Of a DNA stretch of 64,000 bases, positions 58,161 through 64,000 are shown piece after piece. The DNA is from Gemmataceae bacterium (GTDB taxonomy: Bacteria > Planctomycetota > Planctomycetia > Gemmatales > HRBIN36): the NCBI GenBank assembly GCA_040289265.1, contig PSKW01000005.1, positions 15,343-79,342 of the forward strand, given 5' to 3'. The position numbers and the translations under genes were made by a program. The notes below the pieces were generated by a model that saw nothing but the letters and a program-made list of their open reading frames with translations, was not told where the DNA came from and did no database searches. Every line of letters starts with the position of its first letter. Position 1 is the first letter of the stretch.

Positions 58161-59519
58161 ATGGACGAGCGACAGGAAACCAAGCAGCCCGAGCGAATCG
58201 GATGGCCCAACAGTTTGGCCGAAGAGTTGGCGCGCCCGTTTGTCCGCTTTCTGGCCATCGAGTCAGCCAGTGGATTCCTTTTGCTGGCGGCTACGATCGT
58301 GGCTCTGGCCTTGATGAATTCGCAGTACGCACAAGATTTCGAGTATTTTCTGCACCTGCCTGTCGGTTTGACCATCGGGAACTGGTCCGTGCGCGAGACC
58401 TTGGTGCATGTGATCAACGACGGCTTGATGACGCTCTTTTTCTTTGTAGTGGGTCTGGAGATCAAGCGGGAACTGGTCATGGGCGAGTTGCGCGATCCGC
58501 GCAAGGCAGCCTTGCCGATCGCCGCGGCGTTGGGCGGTATGGTGGTGCCCGCACTGATTTATCTCAGTCTGCAATACGGCCAGCCCGGTGAGTCGGGGTG
58601 GGGCATACCCATGGCTACGGATATCGCTTTCGTGGTCGGCTTTTTGAACTTGCTGGGTCGCCGCGTCCCGCATTCGTTGAAAATCATGATGTTGTCGCTG
58701 GCGATTGTGGACGATATCGGCGCCGTATTGGTCATAGCCTTTTTCTATTCCAAGGGGGTGCACTGGGATTACCTGGGCGCTGCCGGTATCGGTTTTGCCA
58801 TGGTCCTATTGCTCAATCGCATCGGGGTGCGACGCGTGCCTGTATATGTCCTGGTCGGCGCGGGGATCTGGTATCTGTTTTTCAAGTCCGGAGTCCATCC
58901 GACAGTAGCGGGTGTGCTGTTGGGTTTGTTGACACCTGCCAGCGCCTGGATCGGCGACAAAGTGTTATTGGAGGTCCTCGACGATTTTGCGCACTGGTTG
59001 CGGCACGGAGCCACACGGGAAGACCATGCGGACATGACACGGATCGGCCGGGTGCTTTTCGGAGTGCGCGAATGTGTTTCCCCGTTGGAGCGTCTAGAAA
59101 CCGTACTGCAGCCCTGGGTGGCGTTCGGTATCATGCCGGTCTTTGCTTTGGCCAATGCCGGTGTGGCGCTGCACATCCAGCGGGTGATGGATCCAGTTGC
59201 TTTGGCGGTCGTGCTCGGCCTGGTGCTAGGCAAGCCCGTGGGGATCGTGCTTTTTAGCTGGCTGGCAGTCAAATTGGGTATCGCCCGGCTGCCGCAACGT
59301 CTCACCTGGCCGCTCGTGATCGGCGGGGGCTGCCTGGGCGGTATCGGCTTTACCATGTCCCTGTTTATTGCCAATCTGGGTCTGGACAAGGATCTCTTGG
59401 ATGCCGGCAAGACCGGCATTTTGACTGGATCCTGTCTGAGCGCCCTGATCGGCTGTATCTGGCTTTTGTCGGTAGGGAATGGGCATAGGATAAATGCAGG
59501 AGCAGCCGACGCCCGATAG
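58161..59519 (+). CDS. nhaA: Na+/H+ antiporter NhaA
   Basis: Inside ORF 58128..59519. Start ATG 58161. NDGLMTLFFFVVGLEIKRE, LAIVDDIGAVLVIA and the PVFALANAGV motif match NhaA. Confidence 0.9.
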   Translation: MDERQETKQPERIGWPNSLAEELARPFVRFLAIESASGFLLLAATIVALALMNSQYAQDFEYFLHLPVGLTIGNWSVRETLVHVINDGLMTLFFFVVGLEIKRELVMGELRDPRKAALPIAAALGGMVVPALIYLSLQYGQPGESGWGIPMATDIAFVVGFLNLLGRRVPHSLKIMMLSLAIVDDIGAVLVIAFFYSKGVHWDYLGAAGIGFAMVLLLNRIGVRRVPVYVLVGAGIWYLFFKSGVHPTVAGVLLGLLTPASAWIGDKVLLEVLDDFAHWLRHGATREDHADMTRIGRVLFGVRECVSPLERLETVLQPWVAFGIMPVFALANAGVALHIQRVMDPVALAVVLGLVLGKPVGIVLFSWLAVKLGIARLPQRLTWPLVIGGGCLGGIGFTMSLFIANLGLDKDLLDAGKTGILTGSCLSALIGCIWLLSVGNGHRINAGAADAR

Positions 59520-59600
59520 GGGGCGGGGCGCGTTGTGTGCCGATCGTCACTGGGGCAGCCCAACAGGGGCAGAAGGTTGGCGGAGACGGGCACGGGTAAG

Positions 59601-60608
59601 ATGTGGGAACCGGATCTGGCGCGGCTCATTGCCGTAGGACCGGCTATGCGGCGCGTGTTGCAACAGGCGCGTGCCGCGGCAACCCTGGACACACCGGTGT
59701 TGCTCGTCGGCGAGCCAGGGACGGGCAAGCGCAGTCTGGCCCAGGCAATCCACCGTGCCAGCGCTCGCGGCCGTGCGGCATTCGTGACGGTAGATGCGGC
59801 CCGTCTTCCGCCGACGGCGTTACTCGACTTGTTCCACGATGCGCACCCGCACGGTTTCGCCACGTGGGCTCGAGAGCAGTCGGCAGCCGACGCGGCCCTC
59901 GGGGCGATATACATCCGCGAGCCGACGCATATACCGCGTGACGTGCAAATGCTCGTCTGTGCACGGGCCGACGACTGGCGCGACGTCAGGTGGTTCCTGG
60001 GTAGCACCCAGGAGCTGGAGCCTGCAGTCGCTGCCGGGGCCTTGCGCCCGGAGTTCTATTATCGCTTCAGTGTGTTGACCATTCGGCTACCGCCTTTGCG
60101 GGAACGGCACGAGGAGATGCCGCACATCGTCGGGGAGGTGATCGAGGAGATCTCCCAGGGCCGAGGAAGGTCCCAGCTGCCGCGTGCCGGCGAGCTGTAT
60201 CGGGCGTTGGTCAACGATCCCTGGCCCGGCAATTGGCACGAGCTTTATCGGGTGCTCGAACAGGCTCTGGCGCGTGCCCACGGGGCCGAACTGAGTTGGG
60301 ACCATTTCCCCTGGGTGTGGCGCAGCCGGCATCAGGGCCAGAAAAGCCCCGCTCCCGAAATCTTGCGTCCGCTGCCCCTCGATGAACTCCTGCAAGAGGC
60401 CGAAAAGCGTATCATCCAGCTGGCATTGCGGCAGGCGCGTGGCAACCGGACGCGGGCCGCACAAAGACTGCGCATTTCGCGCGCCCGGCTGTTGCGACGC
60501 ATGGAAGCCCTGGGACTGGACCAGTCGCTCCTGGAGGCCGAAGGAGGACCTGGCTCGGAAAGACCTTCGAGACAGGCATCCGATGCCGGTTCCGGCGCCT
60601 CGCCTTAG
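59601..60608 (+). CDS. Sigma-54-activator-like AAA+ protein with Fis-type HTH, no N-terminal sensory domain, catalytic and sigma54-contact motifs degenerate
   Basis: Inside ORF 59535..60608. Start ATG 59601. Walker A GEPGTGKR is intact. The GAFTGA position reads HGFATWA. The Walker B position reads AIYIREP where the family has TLFLDEI. LRPEFYYRFSV and LPPLRERHEEM are conserved. Sensor II reads WPGNWHEL (R to H). C-terminal HTH GNRTRAAQRLRISRARLLRRM. Confidence 0.75.
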   Translation: MWEPDLARLIAVGPAMRRVLQQARAAATLDTPVLLVGEPGTGKRSLAQAIHRASARGRAAFVTVDAARLPPTALLDLFHDAHPHGFATWAREQSAADAALGAIYIREPTHIPRDVQMLVCARADDWRDVRWFLGSTQELEPAVAAGALRPEFYYRFSVLTIRLPPLRERHEEMPHIVGEVIEEISQGRGRSQLPRAGELYRALVNDPWPGNWHELYRVLEQALARAHGAELSWDHFPWVWRSRHQGQKSPAPEILRPLPLDELLQEAEKRIIQLALRQARGNRTRAAQRLRISRARLLRRMEALGLDQSLLEAEGGPGSERPSRQASDAGSGASP

Positions 60609-60631
60609 CCGTCCACAGGGGCATAGCGCTT

Positions 60632-61012
60632 ATGCACTGCCCGCAGGTGATCGTCCTGGAGAACGAGGGCATCTGGAGCGGAGTATTGCAGCGCGTTCCT
60701 GGTCGGCGCTGGCTGATGCGCACTGCCCGTCACGCCGAAGAGGTACAGGAACATCTGCCTCCGGGTGCTGAAGTGGTAGTGATCGTCGAGTTGACCGACG
60801 TTGGGCGCGGGCACTGGGAGCTTTTGCCGTGGCTGACGCGTCGCCGGCCTCAGTGCCCGGTCATCGGCATCGTCGGGGACCAAGACGATACGCTCGCTCT
60901 ACGCGCCTGGCAAGCCGGATGCCTGTGTGTCGTGCCCAAGAGCATCGCCCCGCAACGCTTGCTCGACTTGGTGGAAACGCTGATCGCCTGGGCATGGCCG
61001 TTGAAAAGTTGA
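60632..61012 (+). CDS. Stand-alone receiver-like (pseudo-receiver) domain protein
   Basis: 126 aa with CheY-like beta-alpha periodicity. The acidic pocket reads VIVLENEG where DD is expected. The phospho-acceptor region reads VVIVELTDVG. PVIGIVGD and a conserved Lys (CVVPKS) are present. Confidence 0.55.
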   Translation: MHCPQVIVLENEGIWSGVLQRVPGRRWLMRTARHAEEVQEHLPPGAEVVVIVELTDVGRGHWELLPWLTRRRPQCPVIGIVGDQDDTLALRAWQAGCLCVVPKSIAPQRLLDLVETLIAWAWPLKS

Positions 61013-61074
61013 CCGATTACTCGACCGCAGGCTAGTGGGTTTGCCTGCCCGTGTTAGATGCGCAGGATCGGCCT

Positions 61075-61275
61075 ATGCAGTTACGACTTCCAGTAGTGGA
61101 CGAGCGGCGGTGTACCGCGTGCGGCGATTGCGTCAGCGTGTGTCCTGTGGAGTGTCTGGAAATGGGGGCATATGCGCCGCGACTGGCATGGCCGCGCGAT
61201 TGCCTGGCCTGCGACCTGTGCGTTCGCGTTTGCTCCACCGAGGCTATCGAATTGCGCGAGATAGTGACATTGTGA
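61075..61275 (+). CDS. 2x[4Fe-4S] ferredoxin (66 aa)
   Basis: ORF 61051..61275 begins with GTG. The first in-frame ATG is 61075. Two cluster motifs: CTACGDCVSVCP and CLACDLCVRVCS. Confidence 0.75.
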   Translation: MQLRLPVVDERRCTACGDCVSVCPVECLEMGAYAPRLAWPRDCLACDLCVRVCSTEAIELREIVTL

Positions 61276-61297
61276 ACCGGCGGCCGAAAGCCAGGCA

Positions 61298-62590
61298 TCA
61301 CGGACCCGCACTCACCGAGTATTCCAGGTAATCCAACAGTGCCCAGAGCGCCTCGGCGTGACCGTCGAGTCGCACCAGGCTCGTTGCCGGAGAACTGGCG
61401 AACGCCCCGTAAACCGAAGGCTGAAACCACTCGGCGAACTGACGCATATTGGCAGGCGTGAACTGCAGGCTTATCAAAAAAGCCACCCCTTCGTCGAGAG
61501 CAGTTTCGTAAGCCCGTAGACGCACCGTGTCTCCTCGAGACCGTGCCTGGCGTGCCGCATAGGTCAGGGAGCCGACGGCGCGCGCACCCCCTACATCGGG
61601 GGCGGTGCGATCTGCCGGCCCGCGCGCGAAGCCGCCGCGCCAGCGTGCTTGCGGCGCCTGGACAGTATACTGCATTTGTGTCAGCCAATCGTTGATAGCC
61701 CATAGTTCGCGTTCCGCTTGTGCCGAAGCGCCGCTGCACTCGAACAATCCCCTGGACAGCAAACTGGCACTCAGGCTCGGACGCTTTTCCCAGCGTGCAT
61801 AGGCTTGGTGACAAGCCTTGGCCAATGCTTCGCCATGCTCGTTCTTGTGCGGCATAAGAACCAGCGCTTGGCACGCCCGCCCGCAGGCAGCTAGGACCGC
61901 TTCGCTGTGTTGGTTCTCGGGATGGTCTGCAGGTAGGTCGTCGCGATACAGGAACAAGCCATCGGGCTGCTGCATCTGCCTGATGTACTCGGCAAGTTCT
62001 TGTGCCGCCTGGTGTAGATCTGCACCCGGCTGCGGCAGGTGCTGGATGGCGCATACGAGGCAGGCAGCAGCCTCCAGCCGGCTGGCCTGACTGGAGGCAA
62101 AAACGAACGTGCGCGTCCCCGGTCGGTGCGGGTCGGCACGCGTCAGGACCAGGAGCGTCAAAATGCATTGCGACGAACGCGCGGCATAACGCGGTTCGTT
62201 CAACAGGCGCGCTGCCCGGGCCAGTGCCGCCGCAGCTAGCGCTTGCTGAATCACTTGATCGGCAGGCGGCTCGACCACTTGCCCGAATCCTGGTTCGATG
62301 CCGGGCAAAAACAGACCGTCGGGCTGATTGGCCTTGAAGAGCCATTCGGCAGCACGACGCGCCGCCAGCAGACGTATGCGATCGGCAGGACGCAAGCGGC
62401 CCGCATCCAGCCCCGCTTTGTTACGCTCTGTCTGGCCAGTCTTTGCAGATTGCGAGCCCCCTGGCTTGGCCGGCTGCTCGGCGAACGCATGCCCCAACTG
62501 CTGCGGCATTTGTACTAGGCATGCAGCCACGAGCAGACCGAGGGCCAGACTTGCCGTCGCGACTGCTGCGCCGTACCTCCTTGCACGCAT
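61298..62590 (-). CDS. Secreted hypothetical protein with squalene-cyclase-like QxxDG repeats (alpha/alpha-toroid-like)
   Basis: 430 aa. Signal/anchor MRARRYGAAVATASLALGLLVAACLV. Motifs KANQPDGLFLPG and QMQQPDGLFLY. Helical repeat character. Confidence 0.65.
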   Translation of the reverse strand: MRARRYGAAVATASLALGLLVAACLVQMPQQLGHAFAEQPAKPGGSQSAKTGQTERNKAGLDAGRLRPADRIRLLAARRAAEWLFKANQPDGLFLPGIEPGFGQVVEPPADQVIQQALAAAALARAARLLNEPRYAARSSQCILTLLVLTRADPHRPGTRTFVFASSQASRLEAAACLVCAIQHLPQPGADLHQAAQELAEYIRQMQQPDGLFLYRDDLPADHPENQHSEAVLAACGRACQALVLMPHKNEHGEALAKACHQAYARWEKRPSLSASLLSRGLFECSGASAQAERELWAINDWLTQMQYTVQAPQARWRGGFARGPADRTAPDVGGARAVGSLTYAARQARSRGDTVRLRAYETALDEGVAFLISLQFTPANMRQFAEWFQPSVYGAFASSPATSLVRLDGHAEALWALLDYLEYSVSAGP

Positions 62591-62615
62591 GTGCGCCTCC
62601 TTGTCCAGCCTGTTA

Positions 62616-62939
62616 TCAGGCGCCTGCCTCTCCTGTCAAGATGGAGCGAATACGCAGACGTGTGAAATGCTGCCGGTGGCCTTTCTTGCGACGATAGTTT
62701 TTGCGCCGACGAAACTTCTGAATCACGTATTTGACCGAAGGATGCTCCAGTACTTCCGCGACTACCTTGGCACCAGTCACATAGGGCTGGCCGATCTGCG
62801 TCCCGCTGCCTGTTTGCACCAGCAGGATGCGGTCGAATTCCACCTCATGACCAGGTTCCACAGGCCGATAATCTACCTCGACGATTTCGCCCTCGCTGAC
62901 GCGATACTGCCTCGCGCCATCTTCGAATATCACGTACAT
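62616..62939 (-). CDS. rplU: 50S ribosomal protein L21
   Basis: MYVIFEDGARQYRVSEGEIVEVD ... KFRRRKNYRRKKGHRQHFTRLRI is the bL21 pattern. Confidence 0.93.
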   Translation of the reverse strand: MYVIFEDGARQYRVSEGEIVEVDYRPVEPGHEVEFDRILLVQTGSGTQIGQPYVTGAKVVAEVLEHPSVKYVIQKFRRRKNYRRKKGHRQHFTRLRIRSILTGEAGA

Positions 62940-62966
62940 GCACCCGATCTCCAGGCAAGACTAGAC

Positions 62967-62984
62967 AGGCGCAGATGTGCGCCT
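62967..62984 (-). promoter_or_regulatory. 7-bp stem / 4-nt loop hairpin in the rplU 5' leader
   Basis: AGGCGCA (62967-62973) and TGCGCCT (62978-62984) are reverse complements. The hairpin lies 28-45 nt upstream of the rplU ATG, just 5' of its GGAG RBS. Confidence 0.25.
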
Positions 62985-63097
62985 CGCACTGTAGCTCAAA
63001 ACGTTTTGCCCTCTTTCCGCCAACTCGATCAATCTACTCTAGCAATATGCCGAAAATTGACTAGACTACTCCAGGCTTGCAGCAGAGGCTGGATCGG

Positions 63098-63769
63098 TCA
63101 GCTATCCAGGTGCCGTTCGATCGTGGGCTTCTCGAAAACCAGTGCATAGTCCAGACAAGAGGCGTGATAGGCCTTGTCGCGCCAGCCGGCCTTATGAGCG
63201 AGGCATAGCACAGTTCGGCGTGGCAAGTAATGGGGGTCGAAAAGCGATTCGCCGACCAACAACAGGCCCCCCGGTCTCACCGCATTGAACACCTGCTTCA
63301 GGGCTGCTTGCGGATCGGGAACTTCGCCTAGCACCGAAACCATGACCGCCCGATCGAAGGTATTTGCTCCCAATTCTTGACGATCGGCACCGGCACACAG
63401 CAGCCGGATGTTTCTTAGCCCGTAGCGGTTAGCCTTTTCGTGGACTCTATCCAGCATGCTGGGCTGAATATCCACGGCAATGACTGATCCTCGCTCTCCC
63501 ACTTGCTTGGCAAGCGGGACAGTCAGCCGACCTGGGCCGCACCCCACATCTGCCACTTTCATTCCGGGCTGGAGTTCCAGATAGCGGACGATCACGCTAG
63601 CCCGAACGGTCCTGGATAACGGGTTTTCCAGCTCGACCAGCCAGGCTAGCCAAGTCGGGCAAGGAAGGTGCCGGCGGCGACAGGGCAGTCGCCATAGCAC
63701 ACCGGCGATCAACAGAAAACCCGCCAGTCCCAGCGCAATACAACCCAAGACGACATAGAAGCTTGCCAT
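63098..63769 (-). CDS. Class I SAM-dependent methyltransferase with N-terminal TM anchor
   Basis: MASFYVVLGCIALGLAGFLLIAGVLW hydrophobic N-terminus. Motif I VADVGCGPGRL, post-I AVDIQ, and motif II/III RPGGLLLV. Confidence 0.85.
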   Translation of the reverse strand: MASFYVVLGCIALGLAGFLLIAGVLWRLPCRRRHLPCPTWLAWLVELENPLSRTVRASVIVRYLELQPGMKVADVGCGPGRLTVPLAKQVGERGSVIAVDIQPSMLDRVHEKANRYGLRNIRLLCAGADRQELGANTFDRAVMVSVLGEVPDPQAALKQVFNAVRPGGLLLVGESLFDPHYLPRRTVLCLAHKAGWRDKAYHASCLDYALVFEKPTIERHLDS

Positions 63770-63855
63770 GTCGGATAGGTTACCGGCTCGCGTGTAGCCG
63801 ATGCAAGGGCCAGCTAGTTCCGGTGTGGGACCTTGGCGACCCTTTAGCGATGGGA

Positions 63856-64000
63856 CTACGCGGCACGTTCACAGTTGATCATCCAGGGCACGCCGAACTG
63901 GTCCACGAGCATTCCGAAACGGGCTGCCCAAAAAGTTTCCTGTAGCGGCATCAAAACGGTCGCGTTCTGGACCAGCGCGTTGAACAGTCGCTCTGCTTCG
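63856..64000 (-). CDS. VOC/PhnB-like (glyoxalase-fold) protein, partial (5' end beyond the right window edge)
   Basis: My reverse-complement translation of 63999..63856 gives EAERLFNALVQNATVLMPLQETFWAARFGMLVDQFGVPWMINCERAA-stop. ETFWAxRFGMLxDxFGVxWMIN is the C-terminal signature of PhnB/3-demethylubiquinone-methyltransferase-domain VOC proteins. Confidence 0.7.
   Translation of the reverse strand, partial: EAERLFNALVQNATVLMPLQETFWAARFGMLVDQFGVPWMINCERAA

Noticed and set aside
61075-61275. Small 2x[4Fe-4S] ferredoxin considered as the missing NuoI.
   Set aside because: At 66-74 aa it is far shorter than NuoI (about 160-180 aa). It lacks the NuoI N-terminal region, is about 54 kb from the nuo block, and sits in a different apparent operon.

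Overview
GC-rich chromosomal window (about 60-65% GC by eye). The gene content looks like a Planctomycetota genome: several secreted squalene-cyclase-like repeat proteins, DUF1080, a giant WD40 protein, an acidic HTH protein, and long intergenic spacers. This lineage call is inference only. I call 51 protein-coding genes (2 truncated by the window edges) and one tRNA-Pro(UGG). I saw no rRNA, CRISPR array, transposase, integrase or phage genes. Order of features: (i) minus-strand complex I membrane-arm block nuoH-J-K-L-M-N (1-7573), which lacks nuoI and nuoA-G and has large insertions in NuoL and NuoM. (ii) scpB, a membrane-tethered HTH protein with a roughly 330-aa acidic linker, acpS, a UvrD/PcrA helicase, a TIM-barrel sugar-phosphate isomerase and an unknown 469-aa protein. 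(iii) Two tandem secreted alpha/alpha-toroid proteins. (iv) A 12.7-kb, nine-gene co-directional glycan locus (19463-32121) that combines WbpB/E/D-like diamino-sugar enzymes, an AsnB-type amidotransferase, an SGNH enzyme and two GT-C membrane transferases (PMT_2/ArnT-like and YfhO-like), with no flippase, polymerase or soluble glycosyltransferase. (v) holA, a 598-aa coiled-coil protein, pyrD, tRNA-Pro, a roughly 1060-aa WD40 protein, an AI-2E permease, a toroid+HEAT protein, pyrG and ftsH. (vi) A translationally coupled rpiA-gnd-rpe-aminotransferase cluster. (vii) glgE, an ACE-like M2 peptidase, DUF1080 and nhaA. (viii) A trio of degenerate sigma54-activator-like AAA+ protein, pseudo-receiver and 2x[4Fe-4S] ferredoxin. 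(ix) rplU without rpmA, a methyltransferase and a partial VOC/PhnB-like gene. The best candidates for something new are the GT-C glycan locus and the degenerate bEBP/pseudo-receiver/ferredoxin trio. Neither is proven from sequence alone. All family assignments come from motif recognition by eye, with no database search.
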